The notes: generated by a model from the sequence alone, not told the origin. Shown: positions 1 through 12,846, counted from the first letter of the stretch. The stretch: 64,000 nucleotides of DNA from Octopus sinensis (GCF_006345805.1 NC_042998.1:141794001-141858000); one strand, 5' to 3'. Numbers and translations: made by a program.

Positions 1-183
1 ATGTATATACATGTATGTATATATATATGTGTATATATATATATATATGTAATATATATATATGTATATATATATATATGTATATATATATATGTATATG
101 TATATATGTATATGTATATATATATATGTATATATATATATGTATATATATATATGTATATTATATATGTATATATATATATG

Positions 184-221
<38 letters not shown>

Positions 222-240
222 ATATATATTATGTATATAT
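1..240. repeat. (TA)n/(TATG)n compound microsatellite
   Basis: Direct inspection; source of the spurious YI/MY ORFs. Confidence 0.97.
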
Positions 241-650
241 ATCATCATCATCATCATCACCATCATTTAGCGTCCGTTTTCCATGCTAGCATGGGTTGGA
301 CGGTTCAACTGGGGTCTGTGAAGCCAGAAGGCTGCATCAGGCCCAGTCTGATCTGGCAGTCTTTCTACGGCTGGATGCCCTTCCTAACGCCAACCACTCC
401 GCGAGTGTAGTGGGTGCTTTTTACGTGCCACCCGCACAGGTGCCAGACAGTGCTGGCAAACGACGACGAATGGATGGTGCTTTTACGTGCCACCGGCACA
501 GGGCCAGGCAAGGCTGGCAACGGACACGAACGGATGGTGCTTTTACGTGCCACCGGCACGGAGGCCAGTCGGGGCGGCACTGGCAACTGCCACAATTGGA
601 TGGTTCGCTTACTTGTCACTGGCACTGGTATCACAGCCGCAATTTCCATT
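241..650 (-). mobile_element. 5'-truncated RTE-clade LINE 3' UTR with (ATG)n tail and ~60-bp internal tandem units
   Basis: Begins with (CAT)n on +. Contains 3-4 units of GGTGCTTTTACGTGCCACC.... Its end (GGATGGTTCGCTT...GCAATTTCCA) matches the sequence next to the RTE ORF end at 5251-5285. Related copies near 13846, 15617, 15861, 17930(+), 22194, 23925(+), 31912. Confidence 0.75.
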
Positions 651-675
651 CCATATATATAAAAGTATATCTATA

Positions 676-710
<35 letters not shown>

Positions 711-859
711 GTATAAATATATACGTGAACAATTGCAGCGTGGAAGGTGTTTGTAAGCCATCTAAGAAACACACAAAAGCCGTTCGATTCATTTCAACAT
801 TCAAGTTTAATTTGTCAAAATACCTTCGTATATATATATATATATATATATATATGCTA

Positions 860-1320
860 CATATGTGGAAAATCGGTGTGTGTTTGTTCATGGTGTTGTT
901 AGCTAACTCCTCCTACATCATTTTATTGATTTTGATGAAACTTGACCGTGAGTAGAACTGATGTCTGGAAACCTTGTGACATACTTAGATTGTTGAAAAA
1001 ATTGATAATACGGCCTCTGGAAGGGACCTTTATATCTACCTCATATAACTAAAGGGAAATAACCCAAATCACCTGTACAATATTTTTTTAAACACTCAAG
1101 GGAAGCAATCCATTTCATTGCTTATGTTTAATTAATAATTTCAGTATTGATTTTTTTTTTAATGTCCTATTTCTAATTTTTGCAGACAATATCACTTTTA
1201 TAACTTTGACACATGAGTAGAACTCATGTCTGGAAACTTCCTGACATACTTAGATTGTTGATAAAAAAAAATCGATAATACGGCTCTTCCAATGGATCCT
1301 TCTATCTACTACATATTTCT
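860..1320. repeat. Interspersed repeat, possibly a non-autonomous Helitron 5' part, with a ~110-bp internal direct repeat
   Basis: TGAGTAGAACT.ATGTCTGGAAAC...GACATACTTAGATTGTTGA...GATAATACGGC occurs at ~948-1045 and ~1215-1315. The Helitron assignment rests only on resemblance to 61490-62236. Confidence 0.4.
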
Positions 1321-1825
1321 AATATTTTATTTAAACCCAATTCCAATAACCCATACCACCTGCAGATTTTAGTGAAGTGATCAATATTTTATTCTCATGA
1401 TCAGCTGACCTAATATTTCATTTCACTACTCACAGTTTTGAACTGCTAAGCATTATTATTGCACTTCCTTAATTTGAATCTTAAACATTAAAGACTTCAT
1501 TCATACATTTCTATACATACTTTTTTGAATTCCCATTACTCCAATAATTCTGCATTTTTACAGTTACACTTTCTCCATGACAGCAGATAGATTTTTTATT
1601 CCACAATGTATTTGTAGTGGCTTCATGCAGGCATAGCGTGGATTCACTCCCCGATTGCCAAATTTCTCTCAACATTTCAACAGCGCTTTTCTCAAGGTAA
1701 AACAATAGTTTTTCTGTGAATGACAGCAGTTATACATTTCCCAGATACCTTCGCTAAGCAGAATAATATCTTTGCCTCTCACCAACCTCCGACAATCTTT
1801 CTCACCAGCCTCCAATAATCTTTCT

Positions 1826-2101
1826 TGCCAAGCTAAGTTACGGGGATGTAAACACACCAGCATCGGTTGTCAAGTTATGTTGGGAGAACAAACACAGGCA
1901 CACAAACATACACACACATATATATATATATACATATATGCGACAGGCTTCTTTCAGTTTCCATGTACCAAATCCACTCACAAGGCTTTGGTCGGCCTGA
2001 GGCTACAGTAGAAGGCACTTGCCCAAGGTGCCACGTAGTGGGACTGAACCTAGAACCATGTGGTTCGTAAGCAAGCTACTTACCACATAGCCACTCCTGC
2101 G

Positions 2102-2103
<2 letters not shown>
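1826..2103 (-). mobile_element. tRNA-derived SINE, family A (CORE-like CCTTGGGCAAGT segment)
   Basis: Minus strand reads GGCGCAGGAGTGGCTATGTGGTAAG (A-box-like)...GGTTCAGTCCC (B-box-like)...CACCTTGGGCAAGTG; many copies in the window. Confidence 0.8.
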
Positions 2104-2142
<39 letters not shown>

Positions 2143-2175
2143 AATAAATATATATATGTGTGTATGTATATATCT

Positions 2176-2487
2176 CACCGGGATCACCGTGACCGACCAG
2201 GCTATCAGATGTTGTTACACATCACTGGTCACAATGCGCTTTGCATTGTTTTAGCCTTCAAATGATGCCACCCCGCTGAAGAAGAAAGAGTGAGAGTAAG
2301 TTGTAGCCAACAGAAGAAAGAATGAGAAAAAGTGGCAAAAGAGTACAGCAGGGATCACCCCCCCCCTCCTGCTGGAGCCTTGTGGAGCTTTAGGTGTTTT
2401 CATTCAATAAACACTTACAATGCCTGGTCTGGGAATCAAAACCGCGATCCTACGACCGCGAGTCTGCTGCCCTAACCACTGGGCCAC
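2176..2487 (-). mobile_element. tRNA-derived SINE, family B
   Basis: Diverged copy of the element at 37261-37567. Confidence 0.8.
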
Positions 2488-2504
2488 ACACATATATATA
2501 TCAG

Positions 2505-2856
2505 AGACCCCCCTCCCCCCCTTTGGTCATGAATGACCATGGGATTGCACCTAGAAAGTTACCCTCCGAGGAAGATGCACCTGGTACAAGTCAGGGCAAG
2601 GTTGTTTATGGAAGACCAGAAATTATCCATGCATATCAGCCTCCCCTCTCCATGTCACTGATGTTATCCAAGGGAAAGGGAAAGGCCGATACAGCTTGGC
2701 ACCAGTGACGTCGCAACTCATTTCTACAGCTGAATAAACTGGAGCAACATGAAATAAAGTGTCTTGCTCAAGAACACAACAAGCAGCCTGGTCCGGGATT
2801 CAAACTCACAACCTCACGGTCGTCAGTTCAATGCTCTAACCACTGAGCCATGCGCT
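2505..2856 (-). mobile_element. tRNA-derived SINE, family C
   Basis: Minus strand GCGCATGGCTCAGTGGTTAGAGC...GAGTTTGAATCCC (A and B boxes); body shared with 13470-13750 and 36476-36712. Confidence 0.8.
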
Positions 2857-3003
2857 TTCACACACACACACACACATATATATAGTAGTAGTAGAAAGGG
2901 AGGAATCGTGTGATGGTTTGTAATATATATAAGAAATTAAAGAAGGAAAATGCATACACTTTACATAGTTTAATATAATTTTTAATACAGCTTATACTGT
3001 GTT

Positions 3004-3036
3004 TGTTGACTGGTTTCACTTTTGCTAATCATGACA
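3004..3036 (-). ncRNA. Degenerate minimal hammerhead ribozyme in the 3' pLTR
   Basis: TGTC-ATGATTA-GC-AAAA-GT-GAAAC-CA-GTC-AACA; core mutated relative to CUGANGA. Confidence 0.6.
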
Positions 3037-3311
3037 TTAGAATTTATTTAAATATGTATCTTCTTAAGAAAAAAATTTCTGTCTATGTTGTGTGTCGAGT
3101 TTATGACTGATTGATTCAAGAAGTAGAAAAATCTAAGGAGAGGTAATTGGTTATCATTATTATTGTGGACAGGGGAGATAATAGTTGATCTTTCTTTGGG
3201 TGGGGAGATATTATAAGCACAAAAATTGAAAAACTAGAGTAGTGGGGAGAAATATGTACAATGATGGGTATATAATTGTGAATTAAAATATGTATAGAGA
3301 TTAAAGTTGGT

Positions 3312-4540
3312 TATGCATGCATATGTAGATTTGCTCTCTATTTTATGATGAATAAATTTTCTTTATTTAAATGTTCTTGTAAAGAAATGTTTATCTTTTC
3401 ACTAGTAGAAATGGAAAATTGTGAAATTTCACTAGTAGAAGGGGAAAACTGCACATATCTCTATGTGTTCACGGAAAGGAATCTCTCTGTATTGTGGGAA
3501 CAGGATCTGCTCTTTATGTAGAGTGGTTCTCCATCTCAATGCCATACTTGTCTGTCCTATATAGTGATGTCCACAACCCAAGCAGGTTATTACATAAATT
3601 AGATTCTCAGAGGTACAAGTGAATTTGATTTTAAATGTGAACCTCACTCCTTGTTTGAAAAGGAAATCCCAACCTTGAAGTGCGTTGGGGCATTTTCCAT
3701 AGTTTGAGCATCCACATTTTTTAACCATTCGTTTCGTGGTTGTTGTGTAAACATCAGATTTGTTAGAAGTCTCTTTAGCAATTTGTGTTGCTTTTTGCAT
3801 TTAATGAATTTATTTGCCTCCAGGATGTTCATTTTTAGGTCTCTAGTTAATAAAGTAAGATTTTGTATAAGTGTTCTATGCCTCATTGCTTCTATAGTTG
3901 TGAGTTGATATATACAGTAGTGTTTTGAGATGAGGTGTGGTGTTATGTTTTGTTGTCCTTAGTGTTTTTATATCTAATTTCTTGGCACGCTTAATTCCAT
4001 TATCTATAAGTGAGGGTGGATATTGTCTTTCAGTTAGTGTTGTTCTGAGGTTTTGAAGATGAATGTCCCGAGTAGTTCTATCAAACACTATTTTCGCCAA
4101 ATTAAAGGGGATATTTATTTTGAGTGGCATGAACTAAAAGGGAGATAATACTTTGAGCCCTTTGGTTTATGATAAATGTCAGTTTTTTAATCATAATATC
4201 CAAAAATGGGAACTGTGCTTTGCTTTATTCCATTATGAATTGAATGTTACTATTTATATCATTTAGTGTTGATTTGAATTCCAAAAGTTTAGCAATGGTC
4301 TCCTTCCAAATGATAAAACAGTCATCCAGGTGTCCTTTCCAGATTTCTCTTATGTAATGGTAAAATGCATAACCATATCTTTGCAGTGACATTTCATATA
4401 TGGTGAATTCAAAATAACCTGTTATCAGGCTCACAAGAACAGTGGTTGCTTTTGTTCCCATTGCAATTTCACATTTTTGACGATAGTAGGTGTCATCAAA
4501 TAGGAAATAATTGTTCTGAAGTATAAACTTTTAGATTCAA
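3312..4540 (-). pseudogene. Penelope-like reverse transcriptase + GIY-YIG endonuclease, frameshifted
   Basis: IAMGTK...IWKGHLDDCFIIW (RT motifs), TTLTERQYPPSLI (thumb), KCGCSNYGKCP (Cys linker), FTCTSENLIYVITCLGCGHHYIGQT...R...H (GIY-YIG). Confidence 0.9.
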
Positions 4541-4854
4541 TAATAAAAAAAAATTATGCATTCCAACTTTAATCTCTATACATATTTGATTCACGCTTAC
4601 ATACCCATCACTGTATATATTTCTCTCCACTACTCAAGCTTTTGAATTTTTGTGTATACACACACACACACATATATATATATATTCGCCTTCCCCCACC
4701 GAAAGATGAACAATAATCTCCCTGTCCATAATAACAATAAACAATTACCTCCCCTTAGATTTTTCTACTTGTTGAATCAATCATTCATAAACTACACACA
4801 CAATATGGACAAAAAACACTTTCTTAAGAAAATACAAATTTAAATAAATTTTAC

Positions 4855-4887
4855 TGTCCTGATTAGCAAAAGCAAAACCTGTTGACA
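4855..4887 (+). ncRNA. Degenerate minimal hammerhead ribozyme in the inverted pLTR
   Basis: TGTC-CTGATTA-GC-AAAA-GC-AAAAC-CT-GTT-GACA; stem I TGTC/GACA intact. Confidence 0.6.
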
Positions 4888-5056
4888 AACACAATATGGC
4901 ATATATCAAAAATTATTAAAACTATGTAAAGTGTGTGCATTTTCCTCCATTAATTTCTTTTATATATATATAGACACACACATATATATCTATGTATATA
5001 AATATATTTATTTATATCTATCTATATATATATTTATTCATTTTCAGATCATTGAA

Positions 5057-5220
5057 ATGGAATGTCAAATTAACAAAAACGAGCATTTTTGACACCACCT
5101 ACTTTTTACTTTTAACCAAGGTTCTAAGGCCACAAAAGCTGCTTGCGACATTTGTGCTGTGTATGGAGAGGGTGCTGTAGGTGAAAGAACCGCTTATGAT
5201 TGGTATGCCAAGTTCAAAAG
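5057..5220 (+). pseudogene. Mariner transposase N-terminal HTH fragment
   Basis: MECQINKNEHF*HHLLFTFNQGSKATKAACDICAVYGEGAVGERTAYDWYAKFK resembles Mos1/Hsmar-type N-termini. Confidence 0.8.
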
Positions 5221-5250
5221 TTCTATATATTTACATATATATGTAAATAT

Positions 5251-5685
5251 TGGATGGTTCGCTTAACCACAGCTGCAATTTCCACTGATGTTGATCGACC
5301 TCAATTTTGGTTCTGCTTTCTGATATCTGATTGATTTGGTTTGATTTTGATTGTTCTCACTGGTCTTGCCGGGTCTTCTCACGCACAGCATACTTCCATA
5401 GGTCTTGGTCTCTATTCATTTCCTTGGTGAGACCTAAAGTTCGAAGGTCGTGCTTCACCACCTCGTCCCAGGTTTTCCTGGGTCTACCTCTTCCACAGGT
5501 TCCCTCAACTGCTAGGGTGTGGCACTTTTGCACACAACTATCTTCACCCATTCTCGTCACATGCCCATACCAGCGCAGACGTCTCTCTTGCACACCACAA
5601 CTGATGCTTCTTAGGTCCAACTTTTCTCTCAAGGTACTTACATTCTGTCGATTATGAACACTGACATTACACATCCATGTGACTG
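5251..5685 (-). mobile_element. RTE-clade LINE 3' end (ORF C-terminus + start of 3' UTR)
   Basis: [15 protein letters not shown]...[22 protein letters not shown]...DLWK; stop at 5357. Confidence 0.9.
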
Positions 5686-5903
5686 CTGAGGATATGCGTA
5701 AGCTCGCAAGAAATGAATATATATATACATATATATATGTGCATATATATAAATATATATATGTGCATATACATACATATATATATGTGCATATATATAT
5801 ATAAATATATATATATGCATATACATACATATATATATGTGCATATATATATACATATATATACATATATACATAAATTAAAACTGATTAGAAGATCGGA
5901 AAT

Positions 5904-5947
5904 CCACCTGACGAATGTCATTTGAAGACATGAAACAATTGTAGTGG
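5904..5947 (+). ncRNA. Minimal type I hammerhead ribozyme, apparently intact
   Basis: CCAC-CUGACGA-AUGUC(AUUUGAA)GACAU-GAAA-C(AAUU)G-UA/GUGG: 4-bp stem I, 5-bp stem II, palindromic stem III, GUA cleavage triplet (cut after 5943). Confidence 0.88.
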
Positions 5948-6039
5948 CGGTTTATTTACTTTATATTAAAATTTTTATGTATTGATTAAGTCTTTCCTTG
6001 TTTGATTTGCGAAATAGTGGTTTTGTCTCGAATTAATAT

Positions 6040-7284
6040 TATATACATATACATATATATATATACACATATATATATATATATATACACATATATACGT
6101 ACACATATATACATACATATACATATATGCATACACATACGTATATGCATACATATACGTATATGCATACACATATACATATACATACATACATATATAT
6201 ATACATACATACATATATATATACATACATACATATATATATACATACATACATATATATATATGCATACATACATATATATACATACATACATATATAT
6301 ATACATACATACATATATATATACATACATACATATATATATACATACATACATATATATATACATACATACATACATACATATATACATACATACATAT
6401 ATATATACATACATACATACATATATATATACATACATACATACATACATATATATATACATACATACATATATATATACATACATACATATATATATAT
6501 ACATACATATATATATACATACATACATATATATATATACATACATACATATACATACATATATATATATATACATACATATATATATATACATACATAT
6601 ATATATATATACATACATACATATATATATACATAATATATATATACATACATACCATATATCTATACATACATACATATATATATACATACATACATAC
6701 AATATATATATCATACATACATACATATATATATATAATACATACATACATATATATATACATACATATATATATATACATACATATATATATATATACA
6801 TACATACATATATATATACATACATACATATATATATATATATACATACATACAATATATACATACATAATATATATATACATACATACATATATATAAT
6901 ACATATATATATATACATAATACATATACATACATACATACATATATACATACATACATACATATATACATACATACATATATATAACATACATACATAT
7001 ATATATACATACATATATACAACATACATACATATATACATACATACATATATATATACATCCATACATAATATATACATACATACTATATATATACATA
7101 CATACATATATAATATACATACATACATAATATATACATACATACATATATATATACATACATACATACATATATACATACATACATACATATATACATA
7201 ATACATACATACATATATACATACATACATACATACATATATACATACATACATACATACATATATACATACATACATACATAT

Positions 7285-7317
<33 letters not shown>

Positions 7318-7406
7318 ATATATATATATATACACATACATTTATATATACATACATATACATACATACATATATATATATATATACATACACACATACA
7401 TACATA
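6040..7406. repeat. ~1.4-kb (TACA)n/(TA)n compound microsatellite
   Basis: Direct inspection. Confidence 0.97.
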
Positions 7407-8698
7407 CAGGGTGGGGAAGCAAAATTTACAATGAACGTTAAGTTGTTTTTTTTCTCAGCAGGCACTAAGTCAATTGTTTTGAAACCTAGCATATATTGAT
7501 GTTATACTCATACCTAACATTATTATCCTTACCTTTTCAGAAACTTTTGCCCATATGAGTAATCAGGAAAGCAAAAGTCAAAGAGTGTGTGATTTTCTGA
7601 ATGCACTCGTCACACTAAAGGAGATTTCAAGAATAGTTGGAGTGTCCATAAAGACTATTTATAAGGTAAAGAATAGAATGACTATGAGCAAATATATTAC
7701 GAGGAAGTCTGGAAGTTGAGAAATCAACAAAAGACGTACCAAAGCTTTTATTAAAGCTCTCAAATCCCAAATCCTAAAGGATCCAACCAAATCCATGAGA
7801 AAAATGGCAATTGAACTTGAGGTAGACAACAAGACCATTAAAAATGCTGTAAAATATGATTTGAGGTTAAAATCTTATACAAGAACACCAAAACACTTGT
7901 TGACAACAGCTATGAAGGAAAAGAGATTAGAGAAGTGCAAGAAAATTATTATATGTTTCAAGAAAAAGTCCTCCATTGTAACGATCTTTTCAGATGAAAA
8001 GATCTTCACTGTCGATGCTGTTCTGAACAGCAGAAATGACAGATTTATCGGAAAATCAACAGCTGAGGTTAAGGGGACATTAAAAACAAAACATCCTGCT
8101 CAAGTTATGGCTTTTGGTGTTGTGGCTTCTGATGGAAAGAAAATGCGTATAAAATTCTACAAAGCTGATGAAAAGATCAATGTTAATACTTACTACAAGA
8201 CTCTGAGATACCAGGTATTGCCATAGCTTAAAGCAAACTGCCCAGATGGTAATTATGTATGGATACAGGATGGTGCTCCAGCCCACACAACTAGAAAAAT
8301 ACAAGATTTCTGCAAATCCAACTTTAGCAATTTTTTGGAATCATGTTTATGGTCGCATTCCAGCCCAGATCTAAACTCTCTGGATTATGCTATTTGGGGC
8401 ACTTTAGAACATGCTATCAATAGAACATTACACAGCAATGTCAACTATCTTAAAGATACGATTAAAGAAGAATGGGAGAAGTTGTCTCCCGAATATTTGA
8501 GGAACGCCTGTGCAAATTTCAGGAAGCGTGTGAAGGCACTTATTGAGAAAGAAGGAGGACACATAGAATAAAAATATTTTCTATTATGTAAATTGTTTCG
8601 TGGCAAATAAATTCTCATGACTTTCAATAAACAAATTGGTCGTACACTGTCTTTCAATCCCTGCCTCAAAATATTGTAAATTTTGCTTCCCCACCCTA
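7407..8698 (+). mobile_element. Full-length Tc1/mariner DNA transposon, DD37D (maT) type
   Basis: ~26-bp TIRs CAGGGTGGGGAAGCAAAATTTACAAT / ATTGTAAATTTTGCTTCCCCACCCT(A), TA flanks, internal transposase. Confidence 0.93.
7555..8571 (+). pseudogene. DD37D transposase, single frame with two premature stops (7717, 8224)
   Basis: FSDEK...WIQDGAPAHT...SPDLNSLDYAIW; 37 residues between the 2nd and 3rd Asp; ends KEGGHIE*. Confidence 0.92.
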
Positions 8699-8881
8699 TA
8701 TATATATATATACACACACATATGTATATATACATATATAGGTACATATGTATATAGACATACATATATACAAACATGTGTATATATACATACATATATA
8801 CAAACATGTGTATATATACATACATATATACAAACATGTGTATATATACATACATAAATATATACATACATATATACATAC

Positions 8882-8929
<48 letters not shown>

Positions 8930-9085
8930 ATATATATATATACATACATACGTATATACATACATATATACATACATACCGGAGGCACGTAAAAAGCACC
9001 AACCGATCGTGGTCGTTGCCACCCTCCGCTGTACATATACGTACATAGATATGCGTACATACATATATACACATACATATATGTG

Positions 9086-9123
<38 letters not shown>

Positions 9124-9160
9124 TATACACATAGACATACATACATATACATACATACAT

Positions 9161-9209
<49 letters not shown>

Positions 9210-9220
9210 TATATATATCA

Positions 9221-9337
9221 CATGATCACGTGACCGACCAGGCTATCAGATGTTGCTACACATCCCTCATCGCAATGTGCTTCGCATTGTTTTAGCCTCC
9301 AAATGACGCCACCCCGCTGGCTAAGCGAGCAGGCCAA
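9221..9337 (-). mobile_element. Truncated family B SINE (3' part)
   Basis: Matches 37261-37378. Confidence 0.8.
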
Positions 9338-9353
9338 TATATATATATATATA

Positions 9354-9736
9354 CTAGCAGTATCGCCCGGCGTTGCTCAGGTTTGTAAGGGAAATAACTA
9401 TAAAGCATTTTTAGAGAGTTATAGCCAAAAAATAGCAAAAAAATGGAAAAAAAATGATGGTAATTTTTTTTTTTGAGAGTTAAAAAAGGTGGAGTTGCGT
9501 CCCCTAGACGGTCTGTGGTTTGGGTTTCTGATTCTCGACCCCATGTCGAATTTATCGATTTTTTTCAGAACTGGGGGAACTTTTCAAAATTTTCGCTGCG
9601 TTAGTTTTGAATTATGACATTGGGCTATGTGTGTGTCAAGTTTCATCAGAATCGGTTGAAAGCCGTGGTCAGAGTGAGGGTACGAGAAAACAGACACACA
9701 GAAAATGCACAGACAAACTGCCGTTTATATAGAGAG

Positions 9737-9737
<1 letters not shown>
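9354..9737 (-). mobile_element. Non-autonomous Helitron
   Basis: On the minus strand: A|TCTCTCTATATAAA...GAGCAACGCCGGGCGATACTGCTAG|T, i.e. 5'-TC, 3'-CTAG, AT target and GC-rich subterminal motif. Confidence 0.8.
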
Positions 9738-9771
<34 letters not shown>

Positions 9772-10339
9772 TTCATATACATACATATATATATAGATAC
9801 ATATATATATATACATACATACATATATATATATACATGCACATATATACACATATATACATATACACACACATACAAACATACATATGCAGACACTTAC
9901 ACAGACATATATATGGAAAAGCAATTGCATGTGATTAATAAATGTATCATGTCTTCAAATTGTCGAAAAGAGACTACATAAAAAAAAAATGATGAGAAAG
10001 TAGACAGGTATTGTTGAATGATGATTCTCACAATGCTAATAGCATTGAAGATATGTTGGGATGCCTTAAGGCACATTCAATGTAATAAAGGTGAAACAAT
10101 CACTAATGATCAATAAACTGGAATACGATGCATATATATATATATATATGTGTGTAGTTCAAAATTACGGAAAACAAAAGACGAAGACAGGTGAGGGAAC
10201 AACAAGCAGGTGTATTAGTTTGACACTCAGGAAAAATGGCAGTATTTGACATTCTGAGCCTATGCTTGTTGACAAAAAGGGTTGAGAGGAAAAAAAGGAG
10301 AGAGAAAATATTTAGGAGGTATTAATGGTTATAGATATG

Positions 10340-10380
<41 letters not shown>

Positions 10381-10384
<4 letters not shown>

Positions 10385-10768
10385 TCATCAGTATTTTAAT
10401 ATCCACTTCTCCATGCTCACATGGGTGAAACATTTTGTTGATTTTCGATGGCCAGATGCCTTTACTGTCACGAACCTGCACTTGTTTCCAAGCAAGGTAA
10501 CATTTCACTATAGCAGACAGTAAACAAACTGCATTACTTGCATGATGGTGATGCTCATTTGCAATCATCACATGATGTCAAAAGTACGCACACACACATA
10601 CATTCATGATGGACGTCTTTCAGTTTTCATTTAATAAATCTACTCACAAAGCTCCCAAAAGCAAGGGCTAAAGTATAAGACACTTGCCCAAGATGCTTCG
10701 CACTGGGACTAAATCCAAGACTACATGGTTGGGAAGGAAGCTACTTAACTACATAGCCATGTCTGCTT
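10381..10768 (-). mobile_element. Family A SINE with RTE-type (ATG)n tail
   Basis: Head as in 1940-2103; tail ...CCCATGTGAGCATGGAGAAGTGGATATTAAAA...GATGATGAT on minus. Confidence 0.7.
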
Positions 10769-10940
10769 ATACACAACACACACACACACACACACATGTA
10801 TTCTTAATGAGTAAATTTTTCCTTTTGCAGATTTCTTTTCTTGCTTCAAGTGAAGAAGGAAGTCACAGAACATGAAGTGACCATCACTTATATCAAGACC
10901 TTGTCTTTTATTTATTTATTTCTTTTGATAAGCACTTTGC

Positions 10941-11340
10941 AATCATCATCGTTTTCAAGTCTGCCTTTCCATTTCTGCATGGGTTGGATGGAGTTTATTG
11001 AAGGAATTTTTCTTTGGTCAGACGCCCTTCCTGTTCCCAACCCTTACCTGCTTCTAAGCAAGGTAATATTTCCTCATGAGTAGACATATTTCTGCAGAAT
11101 ATTGGAAACAACTGACACTGCTTGCATGACAGTGTTACTCATTTACAGCCCTCACACTATGAAAGACAAGACACACACATACATAAGAACACAATGGGTG
11201 TTTTTCAGTTTCCGTCTTCCAAATTCATTCACAAAGCTATGATAAAAGACAATTGTCCATGGTGCCACACAGTAGGACTGAACCTGAAACCATACCATTG
11301 GTTGGGAAGCAAACTTCTTAACCATACAGCCACACCTGCA
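10941..11340 (-). mobile_element. Family A SINE with RTE-type tail
   Basis: Same layout as 10381-10768 and 21060-21423. Confidence 0.7.
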
Positions 11341-11734
11341 CATTTTGGTGTTGATATGCATATTCATATACAGTGCATGGATGCTGTAACAGGAACACTT
11401 TCAAATGATTGTGGATGAAATGGTTCTGAGCATTCACTTCAATATATGTAACTTGATACAAGGAGAAATACAAGAAATGTGTTGAAGACTTAGAGATAGG
11501 TAGATATTTAAAGATGATTTCCTAAGCACATTTTCTCGCAAAAAACACTTTCAACATCTAATTTTTATTTTTTTATTTTTTCATTTAAGAAAAAAAGAAT
11601 CCAAACCTCAAATTGATAAGATAAAATAAAAATATGAGATAAAAGAAAAGTCAAGTTAACACACAAAAATTGGCAACAAGTTGGATGTTATTAATATTTT
11701 AACTAGTTTGCTTGTTAGACTGCCAATGGCAATG

Positions 11735-11736
<2 letters not shown>

Positions 11737-11797
<61 letters not shown>

Positions 11798-11811
11798 GAG
11801 AGAGAGAGAGA
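11737..11811. repeat. (GA)n microsatellite
   Basis: Direct inspection. Confidence 0.97.
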
Positions 11812-12790
11812 GGATGCAGATTTTTTTTAATAGATAGGAAAACCAGACAAATGATCACTAGCCAACCAACCAGCCAACCAACCAGACCAGCTGTGCAGAG
11901 ATATGAATGTCATTCAGTACAGAATGACACTTATTAAAGAAGATGCATACACAGTTATACACATTTATATACATATATATATTCATGCACACACATAGAA
12001 CAACTTGAATGCATCTATATTTTCAATAGCAAGCAATACTGGTAGAATCAATCAATATCTGGTCTGATATGGCTGTATTAGAGCTTAATATTTTCAATGT
12101 AACCTCAGCAAGCAAGGCATTGTTTTCTGGGACAGGAGACAGAAAGAAATGTAGCAGTTTATAATCTGTATGACAGGAAATATAACATGAAAAGGCTGTG
12201 AAAAAAAAATAGGGCAATTTAAAACAACTGATATGGAACTCACTTCCATTTTTGACATGATAATAAGTTTAAATCCATTCTGTTGATTTGCTTACAATTA
12301 ATAAAGTTCTTCTTGTTGACCCACACCTACTTCCAAGTAACATAATATTCTTCCCTAAGTCTTTTAGCCACAAACAGTTATGGTTTTCATCAAAGATTGC
12401 AAATGAATCACACTGCTTGCATGATGGTGATGTTTGTTTACAATTAACTTGTAATATCAAAACAAGGAGTTACATATAAACACACACAAACATTCGTCAT
12501 TAACATTAACATATCCACTGAGAAAGCTTTGATTCGCCCAGGGCTGCAGTAGAAGACATTTGCTTAAGATGTTATCTAATGGGACTGAACCCCAAAACCA
12601 CATTGGTTGTCAAGTAAGCTCTTTCTTAACCACACTAACATGTCTGCACCTGTACAAATATTTGAAACATCTCATATTTAAAAGTTCAGCGCTGATTGAA
12701 GCTATTCACCAAATTCAGAGATCAGATTCTGTTCAATTCAATAAACTTCAGTTGCACAAAGCAGGCAGACAGTTATACAAGCTCATATAT

Positions 12791-12832
<42 letters not shown>

Positions 12833-12846
12833 ATATATATATATTA

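Larger units (their letters stand above)
2922..4966 (-). mobile_element. Penelope-like retroelement, 5'-truncated, with inverted pseudo-LTRs
   Basis: RT and GIY-YIG remnants flanked by ~400-bp inverted repeats (2922-3318 vs 4556-4966), each carrying a decayed hammerhead motif. Confidence 0.9.

Noticed and set aside
413-610. Regularly spaced ~20-bp repeats with variable spacers (also 22316-22580), superficially CRISPR-like
   Set aside because: Eukaryotic context; the spacers are similar to each other and form tandem units inside an RTE 3' UTR; no cas genes.
1511-1863. Two short minus-strand ORFs in unique-looking sequence
   Set aside because: No recognisable motif and no consistent splice signals.
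5975-7492. Long ORFs (up to 505 aa) rich in Y/I/M/C/V/H/T, also at 1-410, 8445-9221, 26712-27994, 52153-52785 and 56309-57309
   Set aside because: Translations of TA/TACA/CA microsatellites that lack stop codons by composition.
12023-12195. Possible minus-strand exon after TTTTTTTTTCACAG (AFSCYISCHTDYKLLHFFLSPVPENN...), phase-compatible with the 25196 donor
   Set aside because: No recognisable protein motif and no strong donor; cannot be supported without transcript data.
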